Of a DNA stretch of 64,000 nt, positions 13,002 through 26,359 are shown piece by piece. The notes under the pieces are model-generated. The model saw only the letters and a list, made by a program, of their open reading frames with translations. It searched no databases and was not told the origin of the DNA. The stretch's first letter is position 1. Each line of letters opens with the position of its first letter. The position numbers and the translations under genes are program-made. The stretch is from Penicillus capitatus (taxonomy: Eukaryota; Plantae; Chlorophyta): NCBI GenBank assembly GCA_965649825.1, contig OZ287704.1, forward strand, positions 404,101 through 468,100, given 5' to 3'.

Positions 13002-14501
13002 ATGGATGACGCAGAGCGACAACGCAGACGCAGAACACGCAGCTCGAGCTCCTCATGCTCGCTCAATTCTCATGGCGATGCCGAAGTGCAGCAGAGGTCA
13101 GAGATCGGCGAGGAAGAGAGATCGACAGACGCGCAGTTTCATGACATCTTCGGGTCAGAATCAGACGATGAGCCAGCTGCGTCACGTGTCGAAGCGGCCA
13201 AGACGACAGACGTCGCCGAAGGCGTCGCTCCAGAACGCGTCCGTATTCTGCCAAGTCAGTTAGAAGCGCCAGTTGAAGGATTTCCCGAAGATGAAGCGGT
13301 GCCTGCCGAATTTGAATTGGGAGGTCCAATGGAACTGAAATTCCCCGTCGAGCGGGTGCGGCACTCGACAGACGCTGTGGCCTTCTTTGCACCGGGAGAG
13401 TTCCTCGACGTCGATCTGCAGTACTTTGAATCGGCTGTATCGGAGGACTTCGTCGAGAACGGCATCATTTCTAAGAGAGTCATTCGGTGGCGGAAGAATG
13501 ATAACGGCGATATCGAATCGAACACGCGCCTGGTGGAATGGGATGATGGAACATTCAGTTTCTATGTTGAAGGGAAGTGGTATGATCTGGGAAAGGAAAG
13601 CTTTGCACAAGGAACTGAGCTTCTCTGTATCGATCAGCAAAATTGTTTACAGGTGATAGAGTCACATCATGCATAGTGTGATGTGACAGACGTCGAATGC
13701 AGGCATTGCATGCTGTGAGTGGTGGCTTTTATACTGTTGCCGTTCCGTCGGATGAGAGTGATGACGAATCGGAGGCGCAGATCGTCGTGGCAGATGCTGT
13801 ACATACGCATCGTGGACCAAAAACCAAAAGAGTGACGGTTCTGGGAAATCCGCTCAAGGAACAGGAGGCAAAGTTGAGGAAGATCCAAGAGGAACGACGT
13901 GACAGGTCATTGGCATGGCTTGCTTTTGCTGTTTGTGACAAGATTTGTAAAGGGAACTGATGGAGAGGCGACAGAAGAGTCTCCAGGAAAAGTACACGTT
14001 GCCACGTATGGATCATTTGGGTGAAGATGAGGAGGAGACCGGATCTACAAAGCGCAAACAATCGCGGCCCCATCGTCGTCAGCCGGTGCTCAGAATGGGT
14101 TCTTGTCAACGTCTGCGTCTGGCTCATGGTTTTGTGGTCAGGGACGATCGAAGAAGATTCGCGTTTCGGATTACGAGGATGAAATCCTGGAGGAAGATGA
14201 GGAGGAAGAGATCCGAAGCGCAGATCTCGGCGAAGAAGAAGAAATGTTGTCGACCGAAAACGAAGAGGTATCTGAGGAGGAGGAAGAGAAAGCCGAGCCA
14301 GAAGAGGAGGAGACGAAAAGCAGTGAAGAGGATGTTCCTGACGCGACAGAACCCACACAAGAATCGTCCGACAGACAGGTCGACCACAACTTCACACATA
14401 TTCCACATACCACATCGCCACAGGAGAGGAAGGATGGAGCAAGAGGACCGCGTGTGATTCTGCTGACCGACGATGAGGACGAGGATATCAGCGATGGGTG
14501 A
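13002..14501 (+). CDS. LEO1: Leo1-like (Paf1 complex subunit); 4 exons
   Basis: DIFGSESDDE N-terminal motif; core IRWRKNDNGDIESNTRLVEWDDGTFSFYV; acidic C-terminus; introns such as 13906-13952 restore frame. Alternative ATGs at 12966 and 12975. Confidence 0.75.
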
Positions 14502-14865
14502 GAAGAAAGAGGGCAATGCTTCGGGGAAAGGGTGGACACGATGGGTCCTTGTACAGAGAGCACATGTTAAAGCATAAACCCGCCGCAACGGTCTCCATCG
14601 AATCGGCCGTTTCTCGAGCGAACAGTGTGATTCGGTTGAAGGCATGGAAGTGTTGTTGTTGTTGCTGTTGGACCTTAAACGATTCGACTCCGTTCGACAA
14701 TGAGCACGTATTGATAGCTTTAGTTTGGAACGAGTACCATCGTTTGTCCAGTCATGTTATTGATGTGACCGCAAAGGGTACGATATTTGAACACCAGCCA
14801 TGTGCAAAACCAACAAACACGCACGCACACATGTACACGCTTGTTCATCCGTCCGACGGTTTGGC

Positions 14866-15729
14866 TCAGCAACATCCATCTGCTTTTGGTTGTGGCCTTC
14901 CTGGATCGATCACCACATCTGGGACATAACTAAAGAGAACCCAAAAGAGTGAGACCCAATAATCGTCATCACCATCAGATCTCACATTTCTTCTTCGGGT
15001 TCATTTCTCAAGGCATTTCGAGCAATACGCTGAAAAGCGGCTTCGACATTGATATCTTCTTTAGCAGAGACAGCAAAGTGTGGCAGGTTTCCTTTGGTGC
15101 CACACCAACGGCGTGCCTTGTAATCCGAGACAGCTCTATTCTGTTCAGTGTCCTGATCGATCTTGTTGCCGATCACCACAAAAGGGAAGTTCTCTTTGTC
15201 TCTAGGATTTGCCTGATCGTGCGTTTCAGTCAACAACATCACACAACGATTGTCTGCTCAGGATCATACTTGTGATAGAAACTGCTCACGCCAATTGTCC
15301 AAATTCTCAAACGACTTGTTCGAATTGACATCGTAGACCAACACACAGCAATCCGCTCCACGATAGAACGCGACGCCGAGACTCTGAAACCGCTCCTGTC
15401 CTGCCGTGTCCCACAACTACAGCACCACCTATCGCTCAGTCCATAGCATAGTATCGAGTCCACCTGGAGCGCCACGAGTTTGTCATCTATCTGAACCTCT
15501 TTCGACAGGAAATCCGCTCCAATCGTCGCTTTGTATTGCGACGAGAATTTTTTGTGAACGTAGCGCTCCATCAGAGACGTCTTCCCAACACTGAACACCA
15601 CACGCATGTGAGGAACACAGATGCCGAGCGAGATGCCGCGCGGTGCCGCTCGCGTCGTCGTCCTTACCCACTGTCGCCAAGAATAATCACTTTCAACAGT
15701 TTTCGTCTCTTGGTCGCCGAATCAGCCAT
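14866..15729 (-). CDS. RAB7: Rab7 small GTPase; 5 exons
   Basis: [65 protein letters not shown]-terminal CC prenylation motif. Confidence 0.97.
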
Positions 15730-15901
15730 CTCGGTTCAAAAAACACTAAGGATGCTAAGACAAGTGGCCAGGCCGGAAACAAACGCTTTTCAGTGGCTCT
15801 TTAATGTCATATAATGTGCATACATGAGACCGGACGTCACGTGGCCATTTTGTGAATGTCACTCGGGTGGAGGCGCGAATCCACCCACCATGATCGAGTG
15901 T

Positions 15902-17438
15902 CTATTGCTGTGAGCACTGCATTCTTCGGTGAGGAGGCCCTTGCTCCATAGAATCATCCGAATCGTAAGCCATTCCATTTTGTCTTCCAAATCGTTCGCG
16001 TTCTCTCAACTCCTCTTCCAAATCGTGGACATCTCTCAGGGCGGGAACATCGTCGTCTGCTTTCGCGTCGGGCAGCGCGACTGGCCGATGTCCCAAGGCA
16101 GAACGAATGGTGGCTTGTTGTTGAGGAGAAATGCTCTCGGGGTACTCCACTTCAAAAGAGATGTAGAGATTGCCTTTGAGGGATGGCTGTCCGTGGACGG
16201 GCATTCCTTCGCCCACGACGCATTTGACTTGACCTGGTCGGATGATCTCGCCTGGCTGCGACTGAATCTGCAGCTGACGATCATCCAGATGCTTTACGGC
16301 GAAATCCACACCACACAGCGATTCACACAGACTGATGCGTTTACGCAACAGCAAATCTGAATTCCGCCTCGTAAATCTGGCATGCTTTTCGGAACGGACC
16401 GTCACAATAACATCCCCTAAACCCGGCACTCCACTCTTGGCTCATCACAAGAGGTGTTTCGCACCTGGTTGCATCAGTGGGTTGCTGCAGGATGCCTCAC
16501 CGGCGTACGTAATTTTGTGGTTCTCGTACATTCCCTGTTCATTGGCTGTCTTTGTTTCTGTTTAAACGCGGATGAAAGGCACCTGTTCAATGTAGACATC
16601 CAATGTCTTGTTCTCTTCCACTTCTCCAGCACCGCAGCACGTCTTGCAGTAGTGTATGGGATTAGAGTCGAGACCAGAACCACCACATGTATCGCAGGTA
16701 TTCTGAATCTCTTGGATGACGTTGGCGTAGCGCATGACCATCACTTTGATACCGCGGCCATGACATTCCTGACACGAATGCCGCACAGCTCCCTTGAATC
16801 CCGTCCCTTGACATTGAACACAGCTCCGTTTTCGCACAAATGGCACACGTCTATACAAACAAACCCTCAAGACGCTCACACTCTTGGCACTCTTAGTCAC
16901 CGCGAGGCACCGTTATAGATATCTTCCAGAGAGACGTGAATGGAATGCACCATGTTCTTGCTTTTTTGTTTTGTCCCTGGTGCCCTGCCGCGGGATGACC
17001 GCATGTGTCGATTTCCACACAGTCCCATCAGTTCATCAAACAAGTCATCCACTGTTCCGGATCCCTCGCTTGGCATTTCCATTCCCTCCAGCACACCTTC
17101 ATCTCCCACCTGATCATATCGACGGCGTTTCTGCTCGTCCTTTAGAACTTCATAGGCCTCACGAATCTCCCTAAACTTTTCCGGGTCGCCTCCTGAAATG
17201 GAAGAGTGCAGAGAGAACGGCAGTCGGACGGCGAACCTTTGTCAGGGTGCACTCGCATGGCGAGTTGGTTGAACGCCTTACGTATCTGAGCGGGTGTGGC
17301 TTCACGAGAAATCCCTAATGTGTCGTAGTGCTTGAATGTTGGCGGGTTGTGTCTCGGCCTCCGATGCGAAAAAGCACCGAACTCGCCGAAGTCATCGAAC
17401 GCCGAGGAAAACGGAAATCCTCCAAAGCCAGTGAACAT
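15902..17438 (-). CDS. Type I DnaJ (DNAJA-like) co-chaperone; multi-exon
   Basis: J domain with HPD (VHPDKG), four CxxCxGxG-type zinc-finger repeats, C-terminal domain (GEGMPV..KGNLYISFEVEYP), farnesylation-type end MQCSQQ*. Confidence 0.93.
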
Positions 17439-17703
17439 TATTTCGCTTAGCTTAGCAGAATGGAGTCGACAATCCGTCAGAGTACGGCAGGGGGAAACTT
17501 CGAGAAGTAAAGAAGAAGAATCCAGTCAGCACGTCCCATCAACAAGGAGAAGGCGTCTCCATCCAACACTCGTTTCAGTTTCTCACTCAACCGTTTAACG
17601 TCAGAAGACTTACTAAAAGACCAAACTGAAAAACGCGACGGAGTAAGAAGAGGCTTTTTTCTCGATCTTTGTTTCTGAACACACTCGCTCCTGCGGGATT
17701 GAC

Positions 17704-19469
17704 ATGAATCTTGCTGCCATGTTTGGCTACCGCGCCGTCATTTTCCTATGCCTTTTTCTCGCCGACCATGGAGGAACGATTTCACTCATCAGAGCAGCGA
17801 TTGAAGAAAGGCACTCGATAGAGGGATACGTCAGCGATGCGGCTCACGAGTCGCAGATTTCACATTCGCCTTTGGTTACGTTCGTCAACGTATACGGCCG
17901 TCATGTCTGTGAGGGGACACTTGTGACGCCGTTTAACGTCCTGACAGCTGCTTCTTGCGTCGATGCCAGTGTAACCGGCTTCGACCCATCTCATCTATCT
18001 GTCATTATTGCTACCGGGGAAGGCAGCGCCCTGACTGCGGTTGGTGAAGGTATCCTCTGTACCGAATATGACTGAGGAGTGAGGTTCATTTCTCAGAGGC
18101 CAGAATCGGCATCTCTCGAGTCGACATCCATGAGGCATACAGAAACGGAAAGGGATACAAGGCACAGTACGATGTTGCCTTTGTCGAGCTGAAGGAACCC
18201 GTGACGGAAACCGTCACATCATCACTCATCCCCGAATCGCCAGCCGGGTGCAGCGAAATGGACTTCGCTGGTGTGGCTGTGCACCGAGGACGGACGGTGG
18301 CAAAAGGGATTGGTGCATTTTTCGGCACGCACGGTCTCTCACGCGAAATCATTCAGAAATGCACAGCACGCCGAGAGACGTTCGTCTAAATATTCAGCCG
18401 TGTCACATCGTTGGATGATGGAAGATGATGTACCTAGGAGTAACGATGGGGATTGGGAGGAGATAAGCATCTGTGCTTTTGCCAGCGGTGAACAGCGCTT
18501 CAGAGATCTTGGCCGCGGCATTTTCTGTTCGCAGGGAATCGGAAAGCCTCCTCTTCTTGTTGGTCTTGTCACCAAGATGGCAGATAAATCGAATGGCAAT
18601 CGATTCCCAATCTCCATCAACATCCCATCTGCTTTCCTAACCGTTGGTGCGAACGCGGAGTCGAAGCTAAGTCCACGTTTTATGACTGGCGTTGATGCTG
18701 AACAAGGCACTTTCCCGTATGCTGTTTCGGTTTGGCCAACTGGCGTGCTTCATTTCTGCAATGGTGCACTCATCAGTTCCAAACACGTGCTGACTGTCGC
18801 ATCATGCGTCGAAAGAGCTTACCGCTCCCCATCCAAAGTCATTTGTAAGATCGGCGATATCCACAACCATGATGAAGACAGAGGTCCTGATGCCGAGTCC
18901 CTAACGGCATCCAAGATCACGATGTCTCCTCGACAAGGTCGCAAGAAAGGCAAACTCGCCATCATTGCCCTGGAGACAGAATCCAAAAAAGATCCGCTTC
19001 TGCTGCCCGAAGCAGGTCAGCTAAAAAAATCTACGCATGATGCAATCGTATATTCGTTCGTGCAGGTGCCGATCACTGCAAGGATGGACTCAACGCATCC
19101 GTTTATGGCTGGGGACCGACGACTCCTGGCAGAGAGTATTCAGAGACCCTCCAGCGAGGAACGGTCATTTGCTCCAATCACGATACCTGCATTGACAAGT
19201 ATCCTTTCAAAACCGTAAAGCTTGGAGATGACGAGATCTGTTCCTACAATTCAAAAGCTGGAGCATCCATCTGTAACCGAGATGACGGTACGGGAATGGT
19301 GCTCCTGGGCGACAACGCCACTGATTGGAGCGACGATACACTCATCGGAATGGCTGGAAGCAGTACCAAGAAAACGGACTGTGCCAAATTCCCTTCCAAA
19401 TACATTAACATCGTGCCGCACTTAGAATGGATCCAAAGCGTCTTGGCGACGAAGAAGGGGACGGAATGA
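17704..19469 (+). CDS. Secreted tandem trypsin-like serine-protease homolog, catalytically dead (copy A)
   Basis: Signal peptide; two chymotrypsin-fold domains (HVCEGTLVTPFNVLTAASC; HFCNGALISSKHVLTVASC; VYGWG; CNRDDGT; HLEWIQSV). Confidence 0.85.
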
Positions 19470-19521
19470 ACGACTAGAGGGAACAATGATGTTGTCCATT
19501 TATTGCGTTACATGCTTTGGG

Positions 19522-21317
19522 ATGTCGAGCGTTCACGATTCCGCTGTCGCCGCTGAGGTTAGCGTCCACGTTGCGTGCGTTCGTTGATGGACAACGTTGC
19601 CGAATCCCGCGCACCGCCTGTCGTTTCGTGCGCTGCGTCGTCGCCGACTGTCGTTTTTCTTTTGAGGAGGAAACTCCGACAGCGAAGGAAGAAGATACGG
19701 AAGAGACGCATGTTGCCGCTTCGGATGAAAAAGAACGCAGTCCTTCGCCTCAACGTTCGAACAACGACAGTCCTCGTGGCAAAGAGCCGCTTGAAAAGTA
19801 CGGCGCCATAGGGTCGCGATGATCGCATTCCGATGGCGATTTGATGCAGGAGTCCTGCGGTGGAATTGGATCCAGAGTCTGATGATCCCATGAAAATGCC
19901 GCCTCACGGAACAGAAGTGTGAGAAGTGTGATAGGGCGCGTCGAAAGGGGATGGTGTGTGTTAGGTGTATGTCGGAGGCATCACAAAGAGCGCAACCGAT
20001 GCGCAGATTCGAGAATTCTGTGAACAGAAAGGCAAAGTGTTCCGTCTGCGATGTCCGAAGGATTCCAGTCTGCCTGGACAGAACAGAGGGTATCTCACTC
20101 TTCTTCCATCCAATAACCGTCATCATCCCTTAGCTATGCCTTTGTGACGTACACCACTCGAGAAGCGGCTCATGAGGCTGTGGATTCTCTCAACCAAACA
20201 GAGATGAAAGATTTTCCCGATAAAAAAGTAAAATCGTTGGGCGCCGCGGCCCTCGGTAAAGTGCAGCTGGACGCAGGTGAGTTTGCTGCTGTCGCAAGTT
20301 AAGAATCGTCTTTTTGTGGGGAACATTCCGAGAGACATCACACGGGGAGAGCTCAAGGAACTGTTCGACAAAGAAGTGAAAGGCATTGTAGATGTGGAGC
20401 TGCTGATGGACCACGAGCACATGTACAATCGTGGTTTCTGTTTTCTGGAATGCTACAATCACAACGCTGCAGATCTGGCTCGACGAACCCTCAGTCGACC
20501 CGATTTCAGGCATGCATCCATCGACCGTCTGATGGAATGAATAAGATGTGGATGGTATCAGGATCAAAGAACGAAGTGTGACCGTCACTTGGGCTGAGCC
20601 ACGGAAGACCGATCCGGATCACGAGAAAGTGAAATCTGTCTACATCGGCAATCTTCCCGATTCCGTCACAGAAAACCAGCTCAAAGATATTTTCAAGGCA
20701 TATGGCGATGTATGTGTGTCCATCTCTGTACCATCACGATGGCATCATGTGTGCGTGTGCCTAGATTGAGAAGGTGGTGTTGCTGCCGTCCAGAGACGGA
20801 CGTGCACAGCGAGACTATGGTTTTGTGCACTATACAGACCGCACGTGCGCTTTGAAGGCCGTCGAAGCTGCGGAGAACCAACCCTTCTATCTCGACGGAA
20901 AGCGTCTGCATGTATGTCCTTCAGTCGTCCGCCGAAGCGTCGGTGTTGTGATGTGTCTGTCTGTGGGCCTTCCAGGTGTCGGTGGCGCGTCCGACGACGC
21001 AGCGAGAGGATTGGCAGGACGGGCCGTCATCGAGACGTCTCTACCCAAATCGCCCGCGCAGCGATTATCGCGATGGCTACGGTAGTGGCTATCCCTATCG
21101 CTACTCAGAGAGCGACTATAGCTCGAGTCATGCTGGGGGATATCCTCCGGCGCCTTACGGCATGGGCAACATGGCGCTCGTCCCGACGTATCTGCCAAAC
21201 GGCCAAGTTGGGTTCGTGTTTCAGCAGACGTCGATGCCGGGTGCTGGAGGACCGATGCCGCCTATGGGACGTACAACGCGTCCTTACGGCAGCAGTACGC
21301 GATATCGACCGTATTAG
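19522..21317 (+). CDS. hnRNP Q/R (SYNCRIP)-like three-RRM RNA-binding protein; multi-exon
   Basis: MPPHGTEVYVGGI, QNRGYAFV, KNRLFVGNIP, YNRGFCFLECYNH, VTWAEP, VKSVYIGNLP, RDYGFVHY; ends RYRPY*. Confidence 0.92.
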
Positions 21318-22527
21318 CCAGCAAGCAGTTCCAACCAACCATTGCGTAGTACATACATACATACCGATCTAATTCTGAACGCGCGGTCGATGACGTACGT
21401 GTGCCGCGGAGTCGTTTCTTGCGCTGACGATGCAGTTAGCGTTCTGAACGGTTTTTTCTAGCGTTGCAGTCATTCTGTCTTCTAAGATGCATCGATCGTT
21501 AATGGGGTTGCTTTGACAACGCGTCGTTGCCCTGCGCAAGATGATGGTGATGATGATTCTTTAACTTGTTGTTTTTACATGAAATGTTTTCGTATACCCT
21601 GTTCTTGCAGAATCGTAGCACTCAGGCTCCAAGACGGGCGAATAGGGATCTGAATTACCACTACGACAATCAATCTACGTTCTACAGTCAGAAGAAAGAA
21701 TATTTCCAGTCGAGACGGTGTCTCAGTATTTGGACGTCCATCAAGAGGTGCTTGCACATGTTTGAATGCAGCAATGCTGAGCATAGCAAACGTCAGTACA
21801 AACGTACAAAACAGGTGTGGCCACTTTTTTCTTGAGGAAATAAGCACGGCAAACAAGAGATAATAAAGCCTGTCTGTCACAACCTCGTGTCACACACCCA
21901 CATTCTATCACACGGATTCCGTATCGTCACCCATCAACACTGCTGTGCAAACATATTCGCTTTTTCGATATCAGATAAAGTATAGGGAGAACCCTTCCAC
22001 TGTACAGGAGTCACAGCTCAGGAAAAGATAAGATTCGTGTTGTTGGAGGGCTAGTGGATTGATTGAATGAGTCGCTAGGGGTGCGATCAATGAGGAATCA
22101 CGATCGAAACCCATTTTCACCTCATACATGCGAAATAGGTCAAGAGCCTCACCTCTGCACCGCAAAGACAGCTAAGCTTGGTCCGGCTATCCGATCGTCT
22201 GTCTCCCCACCATTCAGTCCCGAATCCAGTCACACAGTGAGTAGTCACTATCCATGAAACCCGACGAAATATTCAATCAACAACAAAATCGCTGTCGTTG
22301 TGCATCATTGTATACCGGCCGCCAAAGAAAAAGGGCACGATAACGGTAGTCTAATCGATCAAGCGATCATCATCATCTTAATGGAAGATGCATGCATGCA
22401 AGCAGAGTTGTTGTTTCAGAAAACAGTGGCGCCAGAAAGCGTGCTAGAAAGAGGATATACTTGCAGTAGGAGAAGAACGTCTATCTACTGAAGGAGAAAC
22501 ACCTTTTGGGGAAGGAACATACACGTC

Positions 22528-23476
22528 TCAATCTCCTGAAGAGGGGGTTCCGTTCCAGACGAGAGAATCGATGACTGTTAATCGTTGAGCGCTGCTGACA
22601 GAATTCTTCAACCAAACGCGTCATCAATTCAATCTATCACACACACCGTCACACACACCGTCACACACACCGTCACACACACCGTCACCCTCCTGAACCG
22701 GCGGAGCATACCTGCAGATCAATGTCTTGTATGGGTAATAGGGAAGTAAGTTCCTCCACATTCAGTGTTCCTTTGAGGGATACCAGCAACCTCGCAGCAG
22801 GTTTCTTTAACCCATCTTCCTTCAACAGATGCTTGAGAATGTCAATGTTAACAAGTCGTTTTATTTCTTCGAACTGCTGTTCGTCTGAATGCTGCACGAG
22901 CTCTCGTAGCACGACGAGGGCAGCGTAAGTTTCTTGGACGGGATGCTGAGTCATGAGCTCGACGACGGCTTTGGGATCATAGACAGAAACTCCCTTCGCT
23001 GTCACGAGCGACAGACTCTGGCATGGATTATCCAATTCCACAAACTCTTTCCTCTTGGGCAGTTGCAGATCCAATGGCTCCAGAAGCATGCCATGTCGCT
23101 TTGCCCATTCCGCGATGCCCGTTCGCAGGGACGGTAATCTTGTGAGTAGCTGAGACGTCAGCGTCACACCCGTCAAAGGACATGTATTCTTCCCCGCTTC
23201 AAACCATCTCAAGATCGATGGACAGTCGTAAACTTGACCAGTTTCGACAAGGACCACCGGATCATGCATGAGCGACTGCACAAACACACTTCATGTCTCG
23301 ATACCACAACACAGAGTCTCACACTTTTGCGATCGGACATACAAACATATCCGGTGTGTGTAACTCAAAAGCAGCTTCCGTCGTCTGTGGTACGGTGACG
23401 CTTGACTGTCGTTCCTATATAGAACGTACACATCACAACCGTTGGTATATCCTCAGTAACACGCGGCACCCACCAT
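22528..23476 (-). CDS. U-box E3 ligase-like protein with ARM-like helical region; 3' end uncertain
   Basis: Spliced U-box PDMFVCPIAK|SLMHDPVVLVETGQVYDCPSILRWFEAGKNTCPLTG..LRTGIAEW; ATG at 23476-23474 is followed directly by intron 23415-23473. Confidence 0.75.
22637..22688. repeat. 12-bp minisatellite (TCACACACACCG)x4+ inside a U-box gene intron
   Basis: Read directly. Confidence 0.9.
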
Positions 23477-24160
23477 TTTTCGTCTTTTGTTCACAGTGAG
23501 GTTTAGCGCGTCAATAGACGTACGTCAGAAGGATAAGGTCGGACGACGGTTTGCTCCCTTTGGAGACGACTTCGGACAGGGACAACACTTGAAAGAACCT
23601 AAGCAGAAGGAGAGAGACCACTCAACCGTTGGACGATCAACCGTCTGTTCCACAACTTCAATCGAACAAAACGCGGCATGAAACGGCGGCCATAAATATC
23701 AAGAGTAAAAGTCAACGCGACGACGCGGATAGCCGATGACAGAAGTGTCCATTAATCAGAGAAATGTCAATGGACGTACCGGTTTGCGTCTTTGTGCTTC
23801 GCGGCGCAGAGACAAACACGGAAAGAATCCGTCTGTGAGCGAAGGGTCGAAAATTCGACCTCCGTCTTGGTCGATAGTCTCAACTTGAAGACAACTGCTC
23901 CGCACTCTCGGCTTTCGGCCGGAAAGAGTGTTATCGTAAATCGGTGTACTGACTGACAAAGCACGCATCTCTGCTCTCGTGTTGCTGCATTTTGTAGTCC
24001 GACGGTGATGTGACTCTGCCGGATTTGACGGCTGGCTACGTCGAGATTGGTTTGCCGGTTGCTATCTCGCCGTGAAATTCACACCGCGTCTTTTGGTAAA
24101 GGACTGCGTACGTACATGTATCCGACACGAACAGGCTCGCCCACAATTCGCACAGACGGC

Positions 24161-25650
24161 ATGTCGGATACCCCTGTTGACAGGTCACCTCTGAACGAGG
24201 TCGGCCATCACATACCACTTCATGACGTATATTGTAACCATGTAACGTGCCCAGGCGCCAAAAATGTCGATGCTGACAGAGAAAGATGTTGCCTACATCC
24301 TATCCGTTCTCAGAGAGGAATCCAGCATGACAGATGCCAGAGGTCCTTTTGCTGTCCCTTCTGCTGATTGGATGCGATATGGTTGGTGGTGGATATACAG
24401 GAGTGGACTATGTGAACTACTATGGGATGTTGAACGCCAAAAAGAAATGCTGGCGCACTGCAGGAAACCGCCTCGACGCGGTTTTCTCTTCCAAGACGTT
24501 TCTGATGTTGCAAGCAGGAGGTGCTGTTTCGACCTTCGTCTTCGAGACATACCTCAGACGCTACGCAGAAATGCTAAAAATTGTGAACCTTTGATGCACG
24601 CACACACTCTTTCTCACTCATCTGTGGATTGGTGTTCGACAGTATGCTGAGTTGTCCGCTTACGATGCTCAAGGATCAGGGACGGTAACGGTCTCAGATT
24701 TGGAGAAATTTATCCAAACACACCAGATATTCGAATTGCAGCGCATGAGCTTTTTGGACGTGGCCTTGGCGCGACGCATTGCTGTACGCAAATTCCTTTT
24801 CCGCCATTCCCGCAATCATCAGCTCTGCATCGAAGACATTGCCAGTTCTTCGACGATGCGTGAAATGCTCAACGTCAAATCCATGGCAAAATCTGGAAAC
24901 CTTCAAGACATTGACACCTTTTGCTGGTTCTCAAAACAGGTCTCTCTCTGTCCCTTCCGGTCTCGAACGCAGCCGCCAAGGGTTCGTGTCTGCAGAGCGT
25001 TGAATCGGTGATCAATGCGTTCCGTGTGATGGATCCCTCAAGACGCGGTTACATTCTTCAAGATGATCTCGTGAATTTTGAAGGCACGAAGTTTTCGGCA
25101 CTTTTCATTCAGATGGTATTCGAGACGTATGTCCCGTTGAGCGAAGCAGATGAGCTCAGAATGCATTTGACGGAGCTTGCAGATTTTGTCCTTGCTTGGA
25201 GAGATCGATCGTCCCCTGCAGCGATCTCTTACTTCTTCAAAATCTTCGATATGGATAACAAAGGATACCTTAGCCGAGTCGACATCCACATGTTTTTTAA
25301 AGAGGTAACCAAGCGCACTCCATACAACACCTTCTCGCACCGGACTGCATTTTTTGTAGATTTGTGAAATGTGGGTCGTAGCCAGAAACGAAGGATGGGA
25401 GGATGACCGTTTGTGTGAGAATGTGGTCAATGAGATCTTTGACATGGCTCAAGCTCAACATCCCTCTCGCCTTTCCAAGTCAGACCCGGACCCTTCTCAT
25501 CCGCAAGGCCATCACCTGTCACATCACTGCAGGAATGATTTGACAAAGTGCGGCAAAGCGAATCAGATCATAGGAATGATGGCAGACATGATGGAATTCT
25601 GGAAGTACGAAAACGGTGAAGAAGATGATCCCGCATCGCCACCTGAGTAA
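24161..25650 (+). CDS. PP2A B'' regulatory subunit, TON2/FASS/PPP2R3C-like EF-hand protein; multi-exon
   Basis: AYDAQGSGTV, WFSK, MDPSRRGYIL, FVLAWRDRSSPAAISYFFKIFDMDNKGYL, NEIFDM, DLTKCG..MADMMEFWKYEN match the family pattern; introns restore frame. Confidence 0.75.
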
Positions 25651-26359
25651 CCTACCTTAGCATCCATCAAGACAATGGTATCTTCCTGCTGTCCGTGTTG
25701 GTCCAACGTACCTATCTTTCAACGGAAACTTACACAAACATATACAAGTGCGCAACGCGCCAGACCATCTCTCGATCGTGACTGACACATGCCTTTCTTT
25801 GGAGCAGAGATAAGAAGATACCGAAGCTGAGTTGTACACCACGGATTTCATAAAATGGAACTGCCATTTCCATTACAAATTCTTTCCAGAAAATTTTAAG
25901 ATTCATTTCAGAATAAACGCCGGCAGTCGATGATGACTTACCAAGAAAGTAGCTCCCGACTGCCAACGAGTGAGTGAGATCTGCTTCAATGCGTTTGGTA
26001 TGTGTTCTCCTAATTACGTTTTGTCTGTCGTTATGTATCATTTGATGCCATTTCACATCGCTGTGCTTCTGAAGAAGCATTGATGACATTTGAACTATCC
26101 TCGCCCTTCCATTTCCTGCGCTGTTCACTGATGTTGCTGACACACACAAACAGTGTGTATGCAAAGAATCCATGCATAAAGACAAGAGTCGTGGTGCACT
26201 TCTGCACAATTGCATAAATCAAGAGAGAACAACCATTCGCTCGATATTTCGTCGCCAAATCCCAAAGGCTGTTTGTTTGAAGATGATCGATCGATTGATG
26301 ATCGTATCATGTGTGTGTGAACCGATCTTTTTTGAAGCCCGCCGCCTTTTTCTCGGCAT

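Noticed and set aside
18049-18095. U12-like donor GTATCCTC
   Set aside because: No TTCCTTAAC-type branch point; length matches ordinary introns.
21525-21545. U6-like CCCTGCGCAAG
   Set aside because: Short match only; no ACAGAGA box or flanking U6 similarity.
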